From NCBI GenBank assembly GCA_016700335.1, contig CP065014.1, positions 2,374,534 to 2,438,533 on the forward strand: a DNA stretch of 64,000 bases. The letters run 5' to 3'. This document shows, piece by piece, positions 10,499-20,411 of this stretch. The notes beneath the pieces were generated by a model. The model saw only the letters and a list, made by a program, of their open reading frames with translations, made no database searches and was not told the DNA's origin. This stretch comes from Chlorobiota bacterium (GTDB lineage Bacteria; Bacteroidota; Ignavibacteria; OLB7). Every line of letters starts with the position of its first letter. The first letter of the stretch is position 1. Made by a program: the position numbers and the translations under genes.

Positions 10499-11233
10499 AT
10501 GAAAATTACTGTTGATAGCAAAATTGGTGATGTGGTAGCTTTGGATTATAGAACTGCAACAATTTTTGAAAATTACAAAATAGATTTTTGTTGTGGAGGA
10601 TATAAAACAATTGGGCATTCTTGCCGGAATAATTCTGAGGCTGAAAATTTGGTTGAAGAGTTAACAGCTCAAATTAATTTAGAATCAAATTCATCAATTG
10701 ATTTTAATTCTTGGCAAACTGATTTACTAATTGATTACATTGTTAAAAAACATCATCGGTATGTACTAAAAAGTGTACCGATTATTAAAGGATATTTGAC
10801 TAAAATTTGTTCTGTCCATGGTATAAAACATCCAGAGTTATTTGAAATAAGAGATATCTTTTTTGATTCTGTTGAAGAATTATCTGTTCATATGAAAAAA
10901 GAAGAAGATGAATTATTTCCATATTTACTTTCATTGATTGATAATACTTCAAGTTTTAAAAGCAATTTTTCTAATAATGAAATTGATGGAAATATATTAG
11001 TTAAAGATTTGATTAAAGACCATGAAAATGAAGGAGAAAAGTATAGAAGAATATCAGAATTAACAAACAACTTTACAACTCCAGACGATGGATGTACTAC
11101 TTACAATATAGCATTATTATCATTGAAAGAATTCCAAAGTGATTTGCATTTACATGTACATTTAGAGAATAATATTTTATTCCCAAGAGCAGTAATGTTA
11201 GAAACAATAAAAACTGAGGGAATTATTAATTAG
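10499..11233 (+). CDS. ytfE: Iron-sulfur cluster repair di-iron protein RIC (YtfE/ScdA)
   Basis: The product has an N-terminal ScdA_N signature (IDFCCGG) followed by hemerythrin-like His/Glu motifs (KHHRY, DHENEG, HLHVHLENN). Confidence 0.8.
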   Translation: MKITVDSKIGDVVALDYRTATIFENYKIDFCCGGYKTIGHSCRNNSEAENLVEELTAQINLESNSSIDFNSWQTDLLIDYIVKKHHRYVLKSVPIIKGYLTKICSVHGIKHPELFEIRDIFFDSVEELSVHMKKEEDELFPYLLSLIDNTSSFKSNFSNNEIDGNILVKDLIKDHENEGEKYRRISELTNNFTTPDDGCTTYNIALLSLKEFQSDLHLHVHLENNILFPRAVMLETIKTEGIIN

Positions 11234-11253
11234 GTTTATATAGTTTCATTATC

Positions 11254-11290
11254 AAATTTGAATTGAATAATATTATTTATATTCAAATTT
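11254..11290. promoter_or_regulatory. Perfect 10-bp inverted repeat, a candidate Rrf2 operator: aaatttgaat, a 17-bp spacer, attcaaattt
   Basis: The two 10-bp arms are exact reverse complements. The right arm ends 49 bp upstream of the Rrf2 start codon, in the ytfE-rrf2 intergenic region. Confidence 0.35.
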
Positions 11291-11338
11291 ATAATTATAA
11301 ATTCTTTATTAATTGAAACCTAATATATCAAATTAATT

Positions 11339-11776
11339 ATGTTCTCAAAAGCTTGTGAATATGCAATTAGGGCTACAATATTTATTGCTTTGCAAACAAA
11401 AAACAAAATCATAGTAAGCCTTAAAGATATATCAAAAGAGATAGATTCACCTATTGCTTTTACAGGTAAAATTTTACAATCACTTGCAAACAAGAATATT
11501 TTAAAATCAATTAAAGGGGCTGGTGGTGGATATGAAATTAATGTAAGTTATAAAAATAATTCTATTAATTTGTATGATATTGTTGTTGCAATTGATGGAG
11601 AAAATCTATTTAAAAGTTGCGGTATTGGTTTAAAGGAATGTAATTCAATCAAACCTTGCCCAATTCATAATGAGTACAAAATTATTAGAGAAGGTTTAGT
11701 TAAGTTACTAGTAGAAACAACTATAAATAAATTAGTTATTGATTCAAAAAAGTTAGATTCATTTTTAAAGAATTAA
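11339..11776 (+). CDS. Rrf2-family transcriptional regulator (Fe-S cluster type, NsrR/IscR-like)
   Basis: The N-terminus (MFSKACEYAIRATIFIA) matches the Rrf2 wHTH. The three-Cys cluster C94/C101/C107 (KSCGIGLKECNSIKPCP) has IscR/NsrR spacing. Confidence 0.8.
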   Translation: MFSKACEYAIRATIFIALQTKNKIIVSLKDISKEIDSPIAFTGKILQSLANKNILKSIKGAGGGYEINVSYKNNSINLYDIVVAIDGENLFKSCGIGLKECNSIKPCPIHNEYKIIREGLVKLLVETTINKLVIDSKKLDSFLKN

Positions 11777-11796
11777 TTTTATAATTATTTAATTTA

Positions 11797-11849
11797 AAGC
11801 GACTTGCAATTTCTATTTTTAAAGAATTTACAAGTCGCTTTAGTTTTTT
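11797..11849 (+). terminator. Putative intrinsic terminator, possibly bidirectional
   Basis: The stem aaagcgacttg/caagtcgcttt encloses a long loop and is followed by a T-run (tagtttttt). It lies between the convergent Rrf2 gene and the giant 11918..16423 gene. Confidence 0.4.
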
Positions 11850-11917
11850 AATTTAAACCGAAATTGAATTCAGATACTTAATTCATTATTCAATAATTTA
11901 TCCAACTTAGTTAGTGA

Positions 11918-14900
11918 TTACTTTTGAAGAATCATCGGTTTAGTTTTTGAGTAAACACCTGAAGTTAATTTGTAATAATACAAACCACTTGGTAATGAAC
12001 TACCATCAAAAGTAAATTTATAATTACCAGATTCAAGATTTTCATTTATTAATGTCAATAATTTTTCACCTATTGAATTAAATATTTCAAGTTTAGTCAA
12101 ACCATCTAAACCTAAAGAAAAAAGAATTTCAGTTGAAGGATTGAATGGATTGGGATGATTTTGATTTAATGTATAATTACTATTAGTTAAATCAATTAAC
12201 CTGTATTTTCCACCACAAACTGTATCAATAAGAACTAAGCTTTTAGTTGTTGAAAAAGAAACACATTTATTCAGATTTTGCTCAATTGTATAGGAAATTT
12301 GATTATTTAATTTTTCACTTAGGAATAGATTGTACTTTAAATTTACCAATGTTCCTTTTCCATGTAATACTTGACCTTGTGGAGCATTCAACTCAAGTTT
12401 CATTTTTCCAGTTATTATAGATAAAATTTTGATATCCCAACCTTGTAAGATAGTTCCTTTTAGCAGCTGATATTTATTAGAATCATTATAGTTTGATAAT
12501 AAAATTGAGTTCGGTTCATAATTAACTTCAATAATTAAGGACTTAACATCGGCACTTACAATATCATCTGTTAAAGTTATTGGGATAATTATTGAATCTG
12601 AAGGTACTCCATTAAAATATTTATCAATTTTTGTTTCGGCTGTTATATTCTTAGATTTACCTGTAATATTAGAAGAAGCAGTTACAACTACAACATTACC
12701 AGAAGAATCAAAGCAATCAACAAACATGATAGTTGATTCAGTTTGAGCTTTGTTTGGAATAAACTTTATTGGGATCTTAAGTTTCTGACCTATTGATAAT
12801 CTTGTCTCTTGAATTAATCCTACAACAAAAACATCACTAGTCAGAACAATAGAATTTTTCTTAATGGTTAATGGCACTTCACCAGTATTAGTTAAAACAA
12901 CTGATCCTGTATCTGTATTACAAGTAAGAATCTCTTTGAATGATAAACCAGTTAAAGTTGCATCTGATTTTTTTTGTGGAATTTGATCATCTGGAATCCT
13001 TGCTAAGATTGTGGCACAAGAATCATCACAATATGAATGAAGATTAGATGATACACAAATTATTGCACTTTTTATTCCACCAGTATTTGATTTAAACCTA
13101 ATTGGAACTTGATAAATATCGCCAACATTTAAATCAATAGGATCCTTAGGAGTTGGTTTTTTATATAATGGTTCTAGTGAAATTTCTGGATCACCTTTAA
13201 GTTCAATTCCAGTTATCCTTAAAGGATGTGAAGGAAGTGCAGTTATAGTAATATAATCATTATAATAAAGTCCTTTATAACTTAACAATCCAAAATCAAA
13301 ATCATTGATTGCAATATGAGCAGTAATACCTTTACCCTGAATTAGAGTTTCAACAGTATCACCTGCAGTTGTTGTTAACCTTGCTCTGCAAGAATAGAAC
13401 TTCTCATCTTTTGGATAAAATAAAATCTCCTGAAATCTTTTATTATCAGCTGAAGTATCTTCACCTCTTATAATATCACCAATTTCAATTGCAGGACGTG
13501 GTTTTTTTGCAAATCTAAAAATACTATCTTTTGCATCTTGGCCTAAAAGCTCAAATGAAGAAACTGTAAATGGACCATTACTTGTATTCCAAATAAAAAT
13601 ATTCTGTGCTGAAGGGGTTTTGTTTTTTGCACAATTGCTAAGTGGATATGTAGTTAATTGACCACCGAAATCTGTTCCTGTTATGGCTGGTGCAGATTTA
13701 ATAACTTTTGAATAAAAAATAGGTGTATCTCTCTGACAAGTAATTGCATTACTATAGCATTTAGCTTTTACCCTATTAAATCTAAGTGTATCTGAAACAA
13801 AAGAAATACCTACTTTTTTACATTCGCCTCTTACTAAAGTAATGTTTTGTAAAGATAGCAAATCGATTGGATCAATGAAAAATTCACCTCCATTAGGAAA
13901 CTCAAATGTTGATTTACCAGGAGGAGTAATATTCCTAAAATGCAAAATACCTTCTCCCAAATTACAAATATCAATATACCTTTTAACTAACTTTCCAGGT
14001 GGAATAGTTCCAAAGTCAAGGTCATCAATGTAAATACAAGGAAATTTTAGTTTACTTAAATTCAAAGGAACATAAAAAGTATCGCAATCAGTAACAACTA
14101 CTAAATTATCTTTATAATTCTTGTAAAAATCTGTTGGATAAATAGTAACTTGAACTTTCATACTCTCACCAGGTTTTAGAGTATCAGGGAAGTTTGAAGG
14201 TATTATAGTATCTAGTTCAAAATCTGGAACAGCATTTCTAAATCCAAGTTGTTTAACAACAATTGTTTTATATGAATTATTCTTTATTGTAACAAATGGT
14301 TTAGCAGTTTTAGTAGAATCAAAATCAATTTTGTTAGGAATCATATCAAGTTTAAATCCTTGATGTGAATATTTAACTTTCCATTTATACCCAGTTCTAT
14401 CGGTTATTACAATATCTGCAACAGCATCTACTCTTATATTTTTAGGTCTAACTGTAAACCTAATAAAGTTTGCACCAATTACTCTGAAATATTTATCAGG
14501 TACTAATACACTATAAGCAACATTAGTATCATTTTCAATATTAATAGATCGAAATCCTGAAGGTTTTGGATTAACTATTTTTGCTTCAACTATCATAAAG
14601 CTACATTCATCTCTAAAAGTTTTAATTTCAACAGAATCATGTGGAGCTAAATAGAGTCTACTCGGAGCAACTGGATAACCATACGCAGTTGCTGTTGATT
14701 CATTATAATTGTAGTTACCATTTACTGGATCGGCTTGTCTAGATTCAGATCCATCAGAAAATCCATAACAATATGCAGCAAATTTTGCACCATTTGAACC
14801 CTGAATAAATCCTGGGCTACCAGCAAATTTTGCATCAAGTAATATAGTACCCCAAACATATCTAGTACCTGGTACAGCTTTAATAAGATTTAGTTTTGCA

Positions 14901-16423
14901 GGTCTGCCAGGTACTGAACTAAATTTTACTTCAATTTGATCTTTCCAAATTGAATCAGTTATAATATTTATATACTGAGCTTTATAAAAAGGAGCAAAAC
15001 TAATCCACTGTTCTCTTGGAGTTATCTCGCACATGAAAGTTGCTCGAGAAAGAAATGTAACATCTATAAATGCTTCTGAAGTTTTTGGACCTGTATAAAC
15101 CGGTAATGGAGTAACAAATGCTTGTGAAGGTTTATCTGTTTTTAGAAGAACTCCTTCTTCTATAGTTTTTATAAAAGGCCAACTTCCATCTCGACCAAAT
15201 TCTTGAGGAAAAAAAGGAGAAGCAGGGGTTGCTTTTGAGTTTACTACAAATGTAGGACCACTAATAATCTCAGATTTTAGAATTTTTGTTGTATCATTTG
15301 ATGTTCCATAAATTCTAACTAATTCTCCTAACCTCAAAAGTCCATTACTAGGGTAATCAGATATTGGCTGCTTAGGAAGTTTGTTATCATAAACTGGTGC
15401 AAATACAAACTCTGTTCCTTGTGCATTAATTGGTGTTAAAGACTCAATAAGTAAATTCTTAAAAGTATTTTTTAACATACCATGTATATCAGAATCTTTA
15501 AAACCTGCACTAGATCTTGTATTTCCTGAAATAACACCAATTGGTTTGTTAGAAATAATTCTAGTCCCAGCAATATCATTTTTCATCCTATAATCATCTC
15601 TTACAGTATCGGCATTACTTTGAATTAAGTAAGCATCATTCATTTCTAATTTAGCTTTAGTAACTTTTTCATAAGGGAAATAAGAAGAATCTTTTTTTGA
15701 CCAATAATAATATGTCGGGATATACTGAAAATCAGTACCACTATCAAGTGCTGTAACAACCGCCTCAGCAGGTGCAGGAACTGGTCTGCTATAAACAAAA
15801 TCAACATTTAAATCATCATCATTCTTATAATTATACTTTGTATTCACTTCAACAACTCCCTTTAAAGCATCATCAGGTGCAGATGCTAAATAATATTCAT
15901 TCCCCCAACTTTCAGCTGGAACGGGAGTCCATACTTCGGCACCGTTTGTTCCTGTAATTTCACAATAAACAACAATTGGATATGTTGACTCTATTCTAAT
16001 ACTTCTGTTTGCTAATACTTCCCCTGCTGTATCTGCAAATGCAGGAGTATCATCAGATCCGTTAAACAATGCTGTAAATATTGTAAATGACTTACCAGTT
16101 AAGGCAAGATTAATTACTGAATCGTTAGGTTTTTTAATAATTATAGTTTGATCAACTGCCGAATAAATATGAACTAATGGAGTACCAAGTGATGCTGATG
16201 GTTGAAGTGGTGGCATATATTTGCCCAATGAATCATCAAGAATATCTTGTTGATCTTTAGGAATAAATGTATGAGATCTAATTTGTGGAAACGATATGAT
16301 GTATATTTTACCTGTAGAACCTTCTTCTAATGATTGGGAAAATAATGAAGAATTTGAGATTAAAAAGAAAAGAAAAGAGATAAGAACTAACTTTGTAAAG
16401 TAAGTATAATTAATAAGAATCAT
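11918..16423 (-). CDS. Giant secreted protein (1501 aa): T9SS cargo, paralog 1 of a three-member family
   Basis: The product has a signal peptide (MILINYTYFTKLVLISFLFFLISNSSLFSQS). It shares the conserved N-terminal module (EVWTPVPAESWGNEYY, SNKPIGVISGNTRSS) and the DFG-repeats (DLDFGTIPPGK...) with the other two paralogs. Its C-terminus carries a T9SS CTD (NHPNPFNPSTEILFSL...SGLYYYKLTSGVYSKTKPMILQK). Confidence 0.8.
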   Translation of the reverse strand: MILINYTYFTKLVLISFLFFLISNSSLFSQSLEEGSTGKIYIISFPQIRSHTFIPKDQQDILDDSLGKYMPPLQPSASLGTPLVHIYSAVDQTIIIKKPNDSVINLALTGKSFTIFTALFNGSDDTPAFADTAGEVLANRSIRIESTYPIVVYCEITGTNGAEVWTPVPAESWGNEYYLASAPDDALKGVVEVNTKYNYKNDDDLNVDFVYSRPVPAPAEAVVTALDSGTDFQYIPTYYYWSKKDSSYFPYEKVTKAKLEMNDAYLIQSNADTVRDDYRMKNDIAGTRIISNKPIGVISGNTRSSAGFKDSDIHGMLKNTFKNLLIESLTPINAQGTEFVFAPVYDNKLPKQPISDYPSNGLLRLGELVRIYGTSNDTTKILKSEIISGPTFVVNSKATPASPFFPQEFGRDGSWPFIKTIEEGVLLKTDKPSQAFVTPLPVYTGPKTSEAFIDVTFLSRATFMCEITPREQWISFAPFYKAQYINIITDSIWKDQIEVKFSSVPGRPAKLNLIKAVPGTRYVWGTILLDAKFAGSPGFIQGSNGAKFAAYCYGFSDGSESRQADPVNGNYNYNESTATAYGYPVAPSRLYLAPHDSVEIKTFRDECSFMIVEAKIVNPKPSGFRSINIENDTNVAYSVLVPDKYFRVIGANFIRFTVRPKNIRVDAVADIVITDRTGYKWKVKYSHQGFKLDMIPNKIDFDSTKTAKPFVTIKNNSYKTIVVKQLGFRNAVPDFELDTIIPSNFPDTLKPGESMKVQVTIYPTDFYKNYKDNLVVVTDCDTFYVPLNLSKLKFPCIYIDDLDFGTIPPGKLVKRYIDICNLGEGILHFRNITPPGKSTFEFPNGGEFFIDPIDLLSLQNITLVRGECKKVGISFVSDTLRFNRVKAKCYSNAITCQRDTPIFYSKVIKSAPAITGTDFGGQLTTYPLSNCAKNKTPSAQNIFIWNTSNGPFTVSSFELLGQDAKDSIFRFAKKPRPAIEIGDIIRGEDTSADNKRFQEILFYPKDEKFYSCRARLTTTAGDTVETLIQGKGITAHIAINDFDFGLLSYKGLYYNDYITITALPSHPLRITGIELKGDPEISLEPLYKKPTPKDPIDLNVGDIYQVPIRFKSNTGGIKSAIICVSSNLHSYCDDSCATILARIPDDQIPQKKSDATLTGLSFKEILTCNTDTGSVVLTNTGEVPLTIKKNSIVLTSDVFVVGLIQETRLSIGQKLKIPIKFIPNKAQTESTIMFVDCFDSSGNVVVVTASSNITGKSKNITAETKIDKYFNGVPSDSIIIPITLTDDIVSADVKSLIIEVNYEPNSILLSNYNDSNKYQLLKGTILQGWDIKILSIITGKMKLELNAPQGQVLHGKGTLVNLKYNLFLSEKLNNQISYTIEQNLNKCVSFSTTKSLVLIDTVCGGKYRLIDLTNSNYTLNQNHPNPFNPSTEILFSLGLDGLTKLEIFNSIGEKLLTLINENLESGNYKFTFDGSSLPSGLYYYKLTSGVYSKTKPMILQK

Positions 16424-16595
16424 ATTTTAAAATTATAGAATAAAATTGACGATTTTGTGAAGTAGAAAAGAAAATAAAGATTGAAATGTATATTATTGTT
16501 CTTGACACTAAAATATGTTAATTAGTTACATTTGAAACGAAAATTTATATCAGAATAAACTTACTTCATAATTAAATCATTTACATTGCATAATA

Positions 16596-19500
16596 CTAAA
16601 TCTTATTTCGAATAATTTCAGCTTCGGCTTGTCTATTCTGTAAAGTTAAAATTCTCTCTAAATAAAAAACTAACTCATCATCATCTGGCATTAGAATTAT
16701 TGATTTGTAAAACAGTTCTTCTGCAATAGAAAGGTATTCTTCTTCTAACAATTTTTTGCCTATCATTAAGGTTGCATCTCTAATTGCATTTTCCCAATCT
16801 TCGCGTAATGATTCATAAAAATCTGAATATAATCCAGGAAAAGGAACATGATCTTTTACAATTTCAAACAATTTAATAAGTTGTTCTCCAGAGTTTATTA
16901 GATTGTTCTGCTTAAACAACTTGAGTGCATTTTTAAGTAATAATTGTGCATCTATCAAATCAATATTTACCTCTGTATTTTTAAAATTAATTGGCTCAGA
17001 ATCAACTTGTTCAAAATATTTTTCGTTCACAATCTCTCTTAATCTGAACCTAACTTTTCTCATCAAACTCTTAGCAATACTAGGGTTAATTTCTTCTGTA
17101 ACTAAAGTATTAAAGTCATCAAGTGAGAGTTTTTTTGATAACATTTGATTTGCAACTATTGCTCCAATTGCATTCTTTATCCTTTCTCCTCTAACTTTTT
17201 CATATTGATTTAACGGTAAAGCAATTGAGAATTCACCTAGAACAGATACTCTTAACTTTGACTCATTGTTTTGAATTTGATTTCGTAATGTTAAATTTGA
17301 TTTGTAAATTTTTTGTAACTCCGAACCAATTAAATTCACCTCTAGAGAATTAATATATCCCTCGAATTCTTTAATAAAAACTCTAAGGATCTCAAATAAT
17401 TCTCTATCTAAAAACCAAATTGAAATTGAAGTTAATGTGTCCTTTATTTTACTTTTTATTGTTTCAGATGTATCCTTTAAATAAAGCAAATACCTAATAA
17501 CTGATATTTTGAATGATACTGTTCTTAAAGTTAAGTTATCTACAATTAGAAATTTTATTATTACGGATTCATTTTCTCCAAATGTTTTATTGTTTTTTAT
17601 TGGCTCTAAAATGTCACACAATTGATTATTAGAATTTTCTGAAACAATTTTATTTATTTCGAAATAATTCTCTATGATTTGATAATATAATATTCTCATT
17701 TCAATAGGTAATATCTTGATATTCACATCAAAATTCAAATCAATTTTTTCTAATAGATTCACTAATTTTTTTTTATCTAATCTAAAATTAACTCCATAAA
17801 TTAACAGAATAAATAAATTCTGTTTTTCATTTGGATATGTATTTATAAAGTCAAGACATAATGATTCAACATTTTCAATATTTTCATTTAGTAAAATGTT
17901 TGAAAAAATTCTATAAATCTTACAGTTAATAATAGAAGTGTTATGTGAAATTTTATTTGATTCAATTTCAGCTCTTTGCAATAACTCAACACCTTTTTTT
18001 ATTTCTCCAATCCTAATCAAAAATCTAACCATTGATACAATTGTTTCAACTGGTAAATATTTTATTTGTTCTAGTCTTTTGAGTAACTCTTTCTTTTTAT
18101 TAATTTCTGAAATTGAATTAACTTCAACTAATAGTAAAGATCCTCCAACAGTTTTAAGTAATCCCTCACGGAGCTCTAACTCCAATTCATAATCATTACT
18201 TAAAAGGTTAAACTGGTTTTCAATTACTTTGATAATTTCAATATTATTTTTAATAGAAAACAAATCTAAAGCAATAGCTAAGAAACCGTCAAGACAACTT
18301 ATGTAGTTATCTGAATATCTCAAATCAGGGAATTTGGTTATAATATCCAATACATTTTTAAATTCTGACAACAACGAATAATTTTCTGGGGTACTATTAT
18401 TTTTCGACGAAATTAGATTTTTAGAATATACATAAAGCAGTAAAGCATTTAACCTAACATCACCTTCCTCAATCGTTTCAAAATTCTTTGTTGAATCAAC
18501 TAATTCAGTAATTTGTTTTAAATATTCATCCTCTGCAATGGATTCTCTAATAGAAAATAAATATCCACATTTTAGGGCTGCTTCCATTCTATTATAAACA
18601 GTTACATCAATTTTAACTTTTAAATATTTAAGAATTTTTTTTGCACAATTAAATACTTTTTGAGAATATTTATTTTCACTTGTTTGTGCTACTGTTGCAT
18701 GAATATCTAAGATATTTTCAAATGTTAATATTAAATCATTAATGTCTAGTTCATTAAAATTTATTTTTAAGAAATTTTCAAAATAAATGAAAGAATAAAT
18801 AGGTAAATTATTACAGATTATTGAAGTATATTTTTTAGAATTAAAAGTACTCAAATGTTGCATACTTTCATACACTATACTGTTTGAGAATGCATAAGTT
18901 GGAAATATACTATTCGTGCTCCCAGAAATTGCCCTAACTGAATAATGTGATTCAACTATAATTCCATTATCAACTAATGTGTTAATAATTTTACTATCAT
19001 CACCTATTAATATGTTGGCTGCTTCAATAGAAAATAACTCGCCAAGAGATGCTAATGTTTTTAAGTATGATAACTCAGAGTTGTTTAATGTTAATAATAT
19101 CCCATCACATACAGATTTGGCACATTTCATAATTATAGAATTACATTTTTCATAATCATCTTCAAAAAACCATCCATTTGCTTGAAGTGATATAACATTT
19201 TCTTTAATTAGAGCTCTTAACGAAGACCTGAGAACTAATGCATTTCCTTTTGTATGATAATATAATGATTCTATAATTGAATCAATAGGATTTGTATCAA
19301 AAATGAGTTTCCATAATTCAATTATCTCTAACATACTTAGCCCATGAATTTTAATTTCATCCTCCAAATATATTTCAATAATACTCCTGATTATACCTCC
19401 AATTGGTCTGGATATCAATACAATAGAAAATGATTCATCGCTTAATGCATCCATAATTTGAACAAGTTCCGACTGAGAATTTTTGTTCATCAAATTAACA

Positions 19501-19895
19501 TCTTCAATTACTAAAGTTGTAATTTTAATTCTTGACAATTTTCTTATAATTTGAATAATTTCAGATAAGTTATTTGAGGGTGATGATCTAATTAAATGTA
19601 AAGTTGATTCAGAATTAATGGTATTTGAAATTAGAGTTAATAAAGATGATTCCGACTCAGGGTAAAATTTTAGATGTAGAGCAATTATTTTATTTTTACT
19701 CAATTCTTCTAAGAGAATCCTTACAAATGAAGATTTACCAACACCAGCCTCACCAGTTATTAAGCATAATCTTAAATGATTTGCAATAGATGTTTTCTCA
19801 ATAAATTCTTTTGCTTGTTTGATTAGATCTAGCCTACCAATCAGGGGTAAATTCCCATAACTGATAAATGATTTTAGTTGCGAATCTGATAACAT
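16596..19895 (-). CDS. STAND/AAA-family NTPase with a C-terminal SARP-like DNA-binding wHTH and BTAD (putative signal-transducing transcription regulator)
   Basis: The N-terminus has a P-loop (GEAGVGKSS) and a Walker B-like TLVIEDVNL. The long middle region is helical. Near the C-terminus, LRVSVLGEFSIALP...GERIKNAIGAIVANQ...RKVRFRLREIV follows the Trans_reg_C/SARP pattern (LRxxLLGPxEV...LqvyvsrLRkaL) and is followed by a TPR-like tail. Confidence 0.55.
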   Translation of the reverse strand: MLSDSQLKSFISYGNLPLIGRLDLIKQAKEFIEKTSIANHLRLCLITGEAGVGKSSFVRILLEELSKNKIIALHLKFYPESESSLLTLISNTINSESTLHLIRSSPSNNLSEIIQIIRKLSRIKITTLVIEDVNLMNKNSQSELVQIMDALSDESFSIVLISRPIGGIIRSIIEIYLEDEIKIHGLSMLEIIELWKLIFDTNPIDSIIESLYYHTKGNALVLRSSLRALIKENVISLQANGWFFEDDYEKCNSIIMKCAKSVCDGILLTLNNSELSYLKTLASLGELFSIEAANILIGDDSKIINTLVDNGIIVESHYSVRAISGSTNSIFPTYAFSNSIVYESMQHLSTFNSKKYTSIICNNLPIYSFIYFENFLKINFNELDINDLILTFENILDIHATVAQTSENKYSQKVFNCAKKILKYLKVKIDVTVYNRMEAALKCGYLFSIRESIAEDEYLKQITELVDSTKNFETIEEGDVRLNALLLYVYSKNLISSKNNSTPENYSLLSEFKNVLDIITKFPDLRYSDNYISCLDGFLAIALDLFSIKNNIEIIKVIENQFNLLSNDYELELELREGLLKTVGGSLLLVEVNSISEINKKKELLKRLEQIKYLPVETIVSMVRFLIRIGEIKKGVELLQRAEIESNKISHNTSIINCKIYRIFSNILLNENIENVESLCLDFINTYPNEKQNLFILLIYGVNFRLDKKKLVNLLEKIDLNFDVNIKILPIEMRILYYQIIENYFEINKIVSENSNNQLCDILEPIKNNKTFGENESVIIKFLIVDNLTLRTVSFKISVIRYLLYLKDTSETIKSKIKDTLTSISIWFLDRELFEILRVFIKEFEGYINSLEVNLIGSELQKIYKSNLTLRNQIQNNESKLRVSVLGEFSIALPLNQYEKVRGERIKNAIGAIVANQMLSKKLSLDDFNTLVTEEINPSIAKSLMRKVRFRLREIVNEKYFEQVDSEPINFKNTEVNIDLIDAQLLLKNALKLFKQNNLINSGEQLIKLFEIVKDHVPFPGLYSDFYESLREDWENAIRDATLMIGKKLLEEEYLSIAEELFYKSIILMPDDDELVFYLERILTLQNRQAEAEIIRNKI

Positions 19896-19977
19896 TTTTT
19901 ACTTTTTTTAGGTTATAAAGTAAGTATTCTTAGTTCTAAAATTTAAAGATATAGTAAAGTTTGTATTTTCAAATAAG

Positions 19978-20304
19978 ATGTTCAAGGAGAATTTCATTTA
20001 TATGAGTAAATATATATTTTGGAACGAGTTGCAATTTAAAATGGAACACTTAAACATTAACTTGTTATTAGTTATAAAAAATAAAATTAATATGGAAACG
20101 AACTCTAACACTGTTTTAAATCTAAAAAGTACAATTAAAGTATGTATTCATTGTGGTGTAACTCAATTAGAGGGTCAGGATAAATGTTCAAATTGTGGTG
20201 AAATTTTAAACATAGAATGTAATTGTTGCAATAAAATTATTAGGCAAAATATATTTAACTATTGTCCAAATTGTGGAGTAAAAATAGTTATATTAATCAA
20301 ATAA
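19978..20304 (+). CDS. Small double zinc-ribbon protein
   Basis: The ORF contains two CxxC...CxxC pairs (CIHCG...CSNCG and CNCC...CPNCG). The true start may be an internal Met (METNSN...). It is transcribed divergently from the STAND NTPase gene. Confidence 0.4.
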   Translation: MFKENFIYMSKYIFWNELQFKMEHLNINLLLVIKNKINMETNSNTVLNLKSTIKVCIHCGVTQLEGQDKCSNCGEILNIECNCCNKIIRQNIFNYCPNCGVKIVILIK

Positions 20305-20411
20305 TGTTTTAGTGAAATATTATCATATAAAAATATTTTGAATTCTAAACAACTCCAGGTGTAAATAAAATTGCTTGATTAATAAGAAATTAAATTACAT
20401 CTGGTTTTTAT

